This document shows, piece by piece, positions 25,288 through 31,651 of a stretch of DNA of 32,950 nucleotides (positions are counted from its first letter, which is position 1; every line of letters starts with the position of its first letter). The stretch is from the IMG/VR virus record IMGVR_UViG_3300032328_000909, positions 1 to 32,950 of that record; one strand, written 5' to 3'. A program made the translations under genes and the position numbers. The notes under the pieces are model-generated. The model searched no databases and was not told the origin of the DNA. It was given only the letters and a program-made list of their open reading frames with translations. Source of the stretch: a virus. Lineage: Duplodnaviria; Caudoviricetes.

Positions 25288-26259
25288 ATGAAGCGATTCG
25301 ATATGGCGGGAGTGGTTGCAGCGGGCTTGATCGCGGCAGAGGGCCGCGCAGACGCTAACGAGACCATGGCGTTTACACGCCAGCTTGAGCACGTCTTCGG
25401 GAAGGTCTACGAGATCAAGAAGCTCCCGAGCGTCTTCCGTGACTTTGCTTCGATCAATCGCGAGGTGAGCAACGCTGACGAGTCGCACACCTACCGCGAG
25501 GTCGAAGGCTTCGGAGAGGCGAAGATCTTGGACGGCTACCGCTCCAAAGACTTCCCCTCCGTCGAATTGCAGGGCAAGGAATACTCGGGCGTGGTCAAGG
25601 GCGTGGGAGCCTCGTACAGCTACACGATCCAAGACATGCGCCGGGCTGCGCAGACCGGAATGGATCTCAGCATGCGCAAGGCGAACCTTGCCCGCGATAC
25701 CATCGAGCGCAAGCTTGATGCCCTCGCCTTCAATGGCGATACCGTTGCGGGCTTCACTGGCCTTGCTTCGCTCTCGGGCATCGCAGCCGTTACCCCGCTC
25801 ACGGGCGATTGGGCGAACGCAGCTACGGATGCAGACGAGATCGTGCAAGACGTGCTTTGGATGGCCGAAAGCATGTTCAATGACACGAAGGGCGCGTGCA
25901 AGGGCAAGATCCTCTTGCTCCCCACCAAGGCTTACAAGAAGGTCACCTACAAGAATCTCCCGGGCTCGGGTGGTTCGCTCCGGTCCAAGATCGTTGAGTA
26001 CCTCATGGCCGGCGTCCCCGGTCTCGAGCGAATCATTCACGCCCCGCGCCTTGATACGGCGGGAGGCTCGAGTAAAGAGCGCGTCATGCTCTTGGACAAC
26101 GATCCCGAGGTGCTCGAGGCAGTGATCGCCCAAGAGTTTGAACAATTCGCCCCGCAGCAAAACGGGCTCGCGTTCGATGTCATGTGCCACGCCCGTTGGG
26201 GCGGCTGGATCCTTCGGCAACCGAAGGGTGTAGCCTACATGGACGGTACCGAGGTCTAA
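25288..26259 (+). CDS. Major capsid protein (DUF2184-like, HK97 fold)
   Basis: 323 aa from ATG 25288; 'FTRQLEHV...VYE', 'YSYTIQDMRRA', 'AFNGD....TGL', 'ARWGGWILRQPKGVAYMDG'; synteny and downstream terminator. Confidence 0.9.
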   Translation: MKRFDMAGVVAAGLIAAEGRADANETMAFTRQLEHVFGKVYEIKKLPSVFRDFASINREVSNADESHTYREVEGFGEAKILDGYRSKDFPSVELQGKEYSGVVKGVGASYSYTIQDMRRAAQTGMDLSMRKANLARDTIERKLDALAFNGDTVAGFTGLASLSGIAAVTPLTGDWANAATDADEIVQDVLWMAESMFNDTKGACKGKILLLPTKAYKKVTYKNLPGSGGSLRSKIVEYLMAGVPGLERIIHAPRLDTAGGSSKERVMLLDNDPEVLEAVIAQEFEQFAPQQNGLAFDVMCHARWGGWILRQPKGVAYMDGTEV

Positions 26260-26261
26260 GA

Positions 26262-26297
26262 AAAAGAGCCCGCGCGCTAACGCGCCCGGGCTCTTTT
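26262..26297 (+). terminator. Intrinsic terminator, potentially bidirectional
   Basis: AAAAGAGCCCG...CGGGCTCTTTT immediately after the capsid gene stop. Confidence 0.85.
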
Positions 26298-26334
26298 CAC
26301 TGAACACGTTGACACTTAGGGACTAGTCTTCCGC

Positions 26335-26508
26335 GTGAAGTGTGAACGCTGCGGCGAGGAAGATCGATGCAGGGCCTACGGGCCGGTAATCGCGTGCCTC
26401 GAGTGCTGGCGTGAGTTTCTTCGGAGCACGCGTGTGCTCTCTTCGTGTGCCCTTCGTCGCGGGGCGCCCGATGAAGTTTTCGACGCTGCAAGGAAGTTCT
26501 TTCGATGA
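26335..26508 (+). CDS. 57-aa CxxC...CxxC zinc-ribbon protein (absent from the ORF track)
   Basis: MKCERCGEEDRCRAYGPVIACLECWREFLRS...; preceded by C-TAGTCT-N5-GTG; ATGA overlap with the next gene. Confidence 0.65.
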   Translation: MKCERCGEEDRCRAYGPVIACLECWREFLRSTRVLSSCALRRGAPDEVFDAARKFFR

Positions 26509-26822
26509 ACGAAGAAGAGACATTCGCCGTGCTCGTAGTCTCGCAGGGGGAGGTGCACGCGATCCTTAGCGGGCTCGAAGAGCTCGAGACCTTGCGCGAT
26601 GAACGCAACGCAGCCCTAGCCGAACGCGCCGAAGCGGTGAGGGAACGCGACATAGCCAAGGCCGATGCTCTCGTGACGTGTGCGAAGTGGCAAGGTCTGC
26701 GCGATGAACGCAACGCAGCCCTAGCCGAACGCGACGAAGCCCTCGCGGCACAAGACAAGGCGCTAGACGCTATGGGCGAAGCCTTGAAAGCCTTGGGCGT
26801 TCGCGTGGAGTGGCAGCAGTGA
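26505..26822 (+). CDS. Hypothetical coiled-coil protein with an internal duplication
   Basis: LRDERNAALAER occurs twice; identical 36-bp repeat at 26593-26628 and 26698-26733. Confidence 0.7.
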   Translation: MNEEETFAVLVVSQGEVHAILSGLEELETLRDERNAALAERAEAVRERDIAKADALVTCAKWQGLRDERNAALAERDEALAAQDKALDAMGEALKALGVRVEWQQ

Positions 26823-27457
26823 GCTCTACCAATCGAGGGGGGCTCTCGAGGCAGCCGCACGATTTCTACGAGACCCCGGGCGCGTGCGTTGATGCGATCT
26901 TGGACGAGATCGGGGTAGGTCCCGACTACTCGGGCGTGGTCTTGGATCCGGGCTGCGGCAACGGGGTTATCCTCGAGCGCGTCTATGCCCGCGCACCTAA
27001 AGCAGAAACCTACGGGGTAGACATCCAAGGGCCCTTGGTAGAGCAAGCCCGAGCCCGAGGAATCCCTACTGCGAACGTTACCGAGGGGGACTTTCTCACC
27101 CTCCCCGTGAGTGATTGCGATCTCGTGATCGGCAACCCGCCGTACAAGCACGCCCTGGCGTTCGTCGAACGCGCCCTAGCGTGCGTAGCCAAGCGCAAAG
27201 GCACCGTCGCAATGTTGCTCCCCGAGGGCTTCAAGGGCTCCCGCGGGCGCCTTGCCTTTCACAAGGCGCACCCCTCGGATGTCTTCGGGCTCGTGCCGCG
27301 CCCGTCTTTCAATGGCGGGGGCACGGATTCTACTGAGTATGCCTGGTTCGTGTGGGGCCCTCGAAGGGGCGGGAGGTGGGCGATCAAAGAGTGGAAGCGC
27401 AAGCCAGCGCCGAAGCTGCGGCTAGTGCACGATGCGACGAAGGGGGGCAGCAAGTGA
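26819..27457 (+). CDS. DNA amino-methyltransferase (probably N6-adenine)
   Basis: 'DFYETP', motif I 'VLDPGCGNG', motif IV 'IGNPPY', 'DSTEYAWFVW'; GTGA overlap at the start. Confidence 0.88.
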   Translation: MSSTNRGGLSRQPHDFYETPGACVDAILDEIGVGPDYSGVVLDPGCGNGVILERVYARAPKAETYGVDIQGPLVEQARARGIPTANVTEGDFLTLPVSDCDLVIGNPPYKHALAFVERALACVAKRKGTVAMLLPEGFKGSRGRLAFHKAHPSDVFGLVPRPSFNGGGTDSTEYAWFVWGPRRGGRWAIKEWKRKPAPKLRLVHDATKGGSK

Positions 27458-27558
27458 GCCCCGCGGCGTGGTCCTTCTACGGCGCCTTCGCGGGGGTGAT
27501 CCTTGCCTTTTGGGTAGGGGTTGCGGGCGCCGTGTATGCGCTCGGGAGGGGCCCTTGA
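27454..27558 (+). CDS. 34-aa single-transmembrane peptide
   Basis: MSPAAWSFYGAFAGVILAFWVGVAGAVYALGRGP; GTGA and TTGA overlaps. Confidence 0.5.
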   Translation: MSPAAWSFYGAFAGVILAFWVGVAGAVYALGRGP

Positions 27559-27641
27559 CCGGGCTAGAGGTGTCGCTAGTGATCGGGGAATGCGTAGCGT
27601 TCGGCGTTGTGATCTTCGCGCTCTTCTTCGCGCCCGAGTAG
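27555..27641 (+). CDS. 28-aa single-transmembrane peptide
   Basis: MTGLEVSLVIGECVAFGVVIFALFFAPE; TTGA overlap with the previous ORF. Confidence 0.45.
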   Translation: MTGLEVSLVIGECVAFGVVIFALFFAPE

Positions 27642-27645
27642 CCCC

Positions 27646-27996
27646 GTGACTTGGCGCGGGGGAGGGCGCAAGAAGGGGAGCCCGAGAGACCCCCTCTACC
27701 TTTGCCGCACGTGCGGGGAGGGGGTACGTGCGAACGGATGGCGCCAGCATCAACGCGTGTGCACGAAGCGCTCGAGGTGCTCAGTCTGCAAAGAGCCCTA
27801 CCCGTGTAGGTGGAAGCTTTGCCCGAGGTACGCGCCCCTTAGCGGGGAGATCTTGATCCCCGAGCACCTATGGTTTTGGTTCGCTCCCGATGATCCGCAA
27901 TGGCTCGTGAGACGCACGAGAGGAAGGCTAGAGAATGCAAGAGGTGCAGCTAGGCGAAGAACTCGGGGAGCCCGTGGGGGAGCCCGTGGAAGCTGA
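27646..27996 (+). CDS. Basic Cys-rich putative zinc-finger protein
   Basis: CRTC...HQRVC and CSVC...C....C. Confidence 0.45.
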   Translation: MTWRGGGRKKGSPRDPLYLCRTCGEGVRANGWRQHQRVCTKRSRCSVCKEPYPCRWKLCPRYAPLSGEILIPEHLWFWFAPDDPQWLVRRTRGRLENARGAARRRTRGARGGARGS

Positions 27997-28008
27997 GAGG
28001 GGCGGGGA

Positions 28009-28182
28009 GTGAGACGGGGAGACGTAGATAAGGCCTTGTCGGAACGGAAGTTTTGGTGGGCTGCAATCGACGAAGACGGCTTAATCGCAGTTGACGCCTC
28101 CCGGAATTTGCTACTTAGGGGCTACCCTTGGGCGAAGATCGTGCCCGTTCAGATCCAGCGCTACGAGAGCAAGAAGCCCTAA
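28009..28182 (+). CDS. Hypothetical 57-aa protein (absent from the ORF track)
   Basis: MRRGDVDKALSERKFWWAAIDEDGLIAVD...; fills the gap before the adaptor gene. Confidence 0.45.
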   Translation: MRRGDVDKALSERKFWWAAIDEDGLIAVDASRNLLLRGYPWAKIVPVQIQRYESKKP

Positions 28183-28191
28183 GCTCCATCC

Positions 28192-28467
28192 GTGACACTT
28201 ACGGAATTCAAGACGCAGTTTCCCGAGTTCCGTTCGGTGCCCGATCCGATGCTCACGGCGCATCTAAACGCGGCTGCGCTCGAGTGTTCCGAGGAAGTGT
28301 GGGGCACTCTCTTGGACCAGGGGATCGCCTACCTCGCAGCGCACAAGATGGCCCTTTCCCCGTACGGAAACACGGCGAAGCTCTCGAACGCTAGCGGGGG
28401 AAGCACGTACTTCACGCACTATGCGGACCTCGTGCGCAAGGTCGCGCAAGGCTGCAGGAACACCTAG
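28192..28467 (+). CDS. Head-tail adaptor (DUF4054-like)
   Basis: 'TLTEFKTQFPEFRSVPD......L..A', 'YLAAH', 'STYF'. Confidence 0.8.
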   Translation: MTLTEFKTQFPEFRSVPDPMLTAHLNAAALECSEEVWGTLLDQGIAYLAAHKMALSPYGNTAKLSNASGGSTYFTHYADLVRKVAQGCRNT

Positions 28468-28695
28468 ATGTCCGTGCCTACGGATTGGGACTGCGTAGCT
28501 AAGGCGTGCTATGACGCGCACTTCGAGCGCACCCTTTCACGTTTCGAGGGTTGGCGCGCTAACCACGTGGCGTGGGCGGACCTCACGGCTCCGAGCAAAG
28601 AAGCCTGGGTCGGTATCGCTAAGAGCGCCGTTGGGGCGTTCGTAGTCGATAGGCTGCGCTCTCGGAAGTGCCGCGCGTGCGGCGCCTCGGGGTGA
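28468..28695 (+). CDS. Hypothetical protein
   Basis: 75 aa, abuts both neighbouring genes. Confidence 0.55.
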   Translation: MSVPTDWDCVAKACYDAHFERTLSRFEGWRANHVAWADLTAPSKEAWVGIAKSAVGAFVVDRLRSRKCRACGASG

Positions 28696-28699
28696 GCCC

Positions 28700-29542
28700 G
28701 TGCCCTTCGTAGACAAGCGCGCCAAGTACGACGATCTAGTAAAGCGCCTCTATGGGGGCGGGCGCCGCGCCTATGTCGAGGTAGGCGTGTTCGCGTCTGC
28801 GGGCGCCGTCAAGCATGACTCCCGGGTCTTGGACGCGAAGCAAGGGCTAGAGAAGGCGGTAGCGAAGGGGACGATCTCGAAAGCCGCAGCGGCTACAGCC
28901 CTCGGGGTTGTCTCGCAGAACCCTGCGGCTTGGGCGTCGATTCGCTCGAGTGTCGAGGGGCTAGAGCGCAAGAAGGCGAAAGCAGAGGCACGCCCGGGCG
29001 CAGCTAGGAAGATCTTGGCCAACGCGTCGAAGCTCTTCCGAAAACGGTTGAAGCGCGCCAAGGCTTTGCAACGTGTGAAGGCTTCGAGGAAAGCGCAAGT
29101 AAAGGCTATCCAAAAGAAGGTTCTTCAAGAGCGACAGAAGGGGGCGGCAACGCGCCCCGCGAAGTCCCCGAGCTCCCGGAACCTCACCGTTTTGGACATC
29201 GCAACGTGGAACGAATTCGGAGCGGGCAACGTGCCGCAACGATCCTTCTTGCGCGCGTACTTCGACGAAGAAGCTCCGAAGAATTCCAAGCTTGCCCTTT
29301 CCCTCATGCAGTCTTGCATCAACGGGAAGCGAACCCCGGGGCAAGTGCTGAACTTGCTCGGGGTGAAGTTCGTGGGAGAGATACAACGGCGCATGGCTCG
29401 AGGCATCCCCCCGCCGAACGCAGCCGTTACCATTCGGCGCAAGCACTCGAGCAAACCCCTGATCGATACGGGGCAGCTTCGATCTTCGATCACTTACAGG
29501 GCCACGTGGGGGAGTGAGATCGTAGGGGGCACCAAGACCTAG
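28700..29542 (+). CDS. Neck / tail-completion protein with a large basic insertion
   Basis: 'VEVGV', 'IATWNEFG...VPQRSFLR', 'PPNAAVTIRRK.SSKPLIDTGQLRSSITY'. Confidence 0.8.
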   Translation: MPFVDKRAKYDDLVKRLYGGGRRAYVEVGVFASAGAVKHDSRVLDAKQGLEKAVAKGTISKAAAATALGVVSQNPAAWASIRSSVEGLERKKAKAEARPGAARKILANASKLFRKRLKRAKALQRVKASRKAQVKAIQKKVLQERQKGAATRPAKSPSSRNLTVLDIATWNEFGAGNVPQRSFLRAYFDEEAPKNSKLALSLMQSCINGKRTPGQVLNLLGVKFVGEIQRRMARGIPPPNAAVTIRRKHSSKPLIDTGQLRSSITYRATWGSEIVGGTKT

Positions 29543-29550
29543 CCTCCCGC

Positions 29551-30078
29551 GTGGGCTTCCCCAAAGACGATCTACGTACGATCCTGCGGCGCCTTACCAG
29601 CGTGCACGATGAAAACGTCGTTTGGGACGGGGAGCCCGAGCCCTTCATACTTCCGATCCCCGGGGAGTACGTAGGGCAGCTAACGCTTTCCGTCGTAGCC
29701 ACGCAATCCCGAGGCACCCCCGATATCGTGCGGGACTTCACGGCTTCGAGCGAAACTATGATCGGTCATAGGATCGCTACGGTTTCTATGAGGCTTGAAC
29801 TATTCGGGTCTCAAGAGGCATACGACGAACTAGATCTCTTGCGGCTGCGCCTCATGCGCCCGAGCGTCCGGGCCGAGCTCCGTGACGACGCAGGGCTAGC
29901 CCTAGTCGATTCCCCTTCGATCACAACGCTAGACGGCACCGTAGACAATCGGGCTACCAGCGCTGCGATCTTGGATGTCCGCTTTGCGTACGCAATTACT
30001 GACGTGCTCGGGCCTGACGAAGGTGAGCCCGGATTCATCGAAAGTATCGAAGATCCCGAGGAAGACCTAGGTACCTAG
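29551..30078 (+). CDS. Putative neck/tail terminator protein
   Basis: 175 aa after the neck gene; 'AILDVRFAY...D.......FIESIE' C-terminal pattern; synteny. Confidence 0.6.
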   Translation: MGFPKDDLRTILRRLTSVHDENVVWDGEPEPFILPIPGEYVGQLTLSVVATQSRGTPDIVRDFTASSETMIGHRIATVSMRLELFGSQEAYDELDLLRLRLMRPSVRAELRDDAGLALVDSPSITTLDGTVDNRATSAAILDVRFAYAITDVLGPDEGEPGFIESIEDPEEDLGT

Positions 30079-30087
30079 GCTCCCTAG

Positions 30088-30420
30088 GTGAAGCCCCCGA
30101 AGCTGCGCGTAGGCATGGGTTCCCCCTATGCAATCGAGATCACGATCCCCTCGGGGACGGACTTCGATCCCGAAGATCCTACCAGCGCAACCCTACACGC
30201 CACGAAGCCCCTGGCAGGGGAAGAAGTGGAATGGGCCGCTACGATCTCCGCCCAAGACGCGGACTCTATCACCGTGCGTAAGGTGCTCACCTCGAGCGAC
30301 CTAGACCAGGTTGGCAAGTGGTTTGCGTGGGTCTCTTTCGAGACCGCTACGCCGGGCGACGAATTGCGCACGGACGTTTTTGTAATCGATGTGCTCGGGG
30401 CTTCCGAGCTCTCCCCCTGA
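30088..30420 (+). CDS. Hypothetical virion protein (beta-sandwich-like)
   Basis: 'LHATKP...VEWAATI...DLDQVGKW'; structural region. Confidence 0.55.
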   Translation: MKPPKLRVGMGSPYAIEITIPSGTDFDPEDPTSATLHATKPLAGEEVEWAATISAQDADSITVRKVLTSSDLDQVGKWFAWVSFETATPGDELRTDVFVIDVLGASELSP

Positions 30421-30430
30421 GGTCTTCCGC

Positions 30431-30832
30431 ATGGCTCTACAACTTTCCGTCACGGTTCGTAACGCGCGTCTCGATACTATCGAATCGACGATCAGCACAT
30501 CCCCCACGCTCGAGCTACGCACGGGAGCGCCCCCGGCAACGTGTGCTACTGCGGACTCGGGCACCGTGGTTGCTACCATGACGCTGCCATCGGATTGGAT
30601 GGCAGCGGCTAGCGCAGGCGCTAAGGCTCTTGCAGGATCTTGGACGGACGCAAGCGCAGACAACGCGGGCACGGTCGGACACTTCAGGATCAAGCAAGGC
30701 GTTACTTGCCACATTCAGGGCACCGTAACGATCACGGGCGGGGGAGGGGATATGACCCTGGATAACAACGTGCTTGCGGCTGCGCAGGCTTGCACGATTA
30801 CTTCGTTCACCCTCACGGACGGAAACGCCTAA
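30431..30832 (+). CDS. Thr/Ala/Gly-rich virion protein
   Basis: ATG after GAGGT; MALQLSVTVRNARLD...GTVGHFRI...ITSFTLTDGNA. Confidence 0.7.
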   Translation: MALQLSVTVRNARLDTIESTISTSPTLELRTGAPPATCATADSGTVVATMTLPSDWMAAASAGAKALAGSWTDASADNAGTVGHFRIKQGVTCHIQGTVTITGGGGDMTLDNNVLAAAQACTITSFTLTDGNA

Positions 30833-30837
30833 GCGCC

Positions 30838-31647
30838 GTGGCTATCACTTCGCTAGACGGGGTGATCGCGGGACTCTTGCAGCCTCGACCCTTCCTAAAA
30901 GTGGGAGGTACGATGGAAGCTGCGGGAGTAATGCACTCCCTCGCTTACGCCTCTGGATTGCCCGGGGCGATGACGGCCCCGAGCTCCGGTCTTGCGGGCG
31001 CTGCGATCACTTCGCGCGCGGGGCTCTCCAGCGTGCCCGCGCCCTCGGGCGCAGACCTTTCCTATCTCTCGAGCCTCGAGGGCGCGGCTAGCGTTTCGGG
31101 GCAGCTGATCCTTGTAGATCGTCTCTGGGATAACTCAGGAATCGTAAGCGCAACGTTGACCGCGCAGACCGTAACGTCTGCGGCGTGGCCCGCTCGGGAC
31201 TGCAACGGGAGCACGGACGGGGAATGCGTCTACGTGGGGCTCGAGTGTAGCACGGTTTGCACGAACGCGGGCGCAATCGCTAACACTACCATGAGCTACA
31301 CCCCCGCAGCGGGGGGAGGTCCGAATACCGCCACGATGGCATCGTGGCCACAAACAGCAGCCGCGGGCACCTTCGTGCCTTTCCAGCTTGCAGCGGGGGA
31401 CACGGGCGTTAGGGCGATCACGTCCGTTACCCTGGGCACCTCCTACGGCACGGGCGTTGTGCACCTCGTAGCCTACCGAGAGCTCGCGCGTCTTTCGCTC
31501 CCCGTTGCGAACGTTGGCGCTAACTTGGACGCTATCGCTACCAAGTTCGTTAGGCTCTTCGATAACACTACGTTCAGCCTTCTTTGGCTTCCTACTGCGA
31601 CCACGGCGGTAACGGTCGCGGGCAACTTTTCGATAGCGCAAGGGTAG
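30838..31647 (+). CDS. Thr/Ala/Gly-rich virion protein
   Basis: GTG start giving MAITSLDGVIAG...LILVDRLW...LAAGDTGVRAITSVTL. Confidence 0.7.
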   Translation: MAITSLDGVIAGLLQPRPFLKVGGTMEAAGVMHSLAYASGLPGAMTAPSSGLAGAAITSRAGLSSVPAPSGADLSYLSSLEGAASVSGQLILVDRLWDNSGIVSATLTAQTVTSAAWPARDCNGSTDGECVYVGLECSTVCTNAGAIANTTMSYTPAAGGGPNTATMASWPQTAAAGTFVPFQLAAGDTGVRAITSVTLGTSYGTGVVHLVAYRELARLSLPVANVGANLDAIATKFVRLFDNTTFSLLWLPTATTAVTVAGNFSIAQG

Positions 31648-31651
31648 CCTT

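Noticed and set aside
26309-26314. Perfect TTGACA as the cassette -35 element
   Set aside because: It is only 9 nt from TAGTCT, and no -10-like hexamer lies 16-18 nt downstream.
26593-26733. 36-bp direct repeat as a DGR template/variable pair or att site
   Set aside because: The copies are identical, in frame within one coiled-coil gene, and no reverse transcriptase or integrase is present.
25009-27151. Long minus-strand ORFs (432 aa and 284 aa)
   Set aside because: Antisense to the capsid and methyltransferase genes, with no motifs; typical high-GC shadow ORFs, like 6886-7707 and the frame-shifted 116-883.
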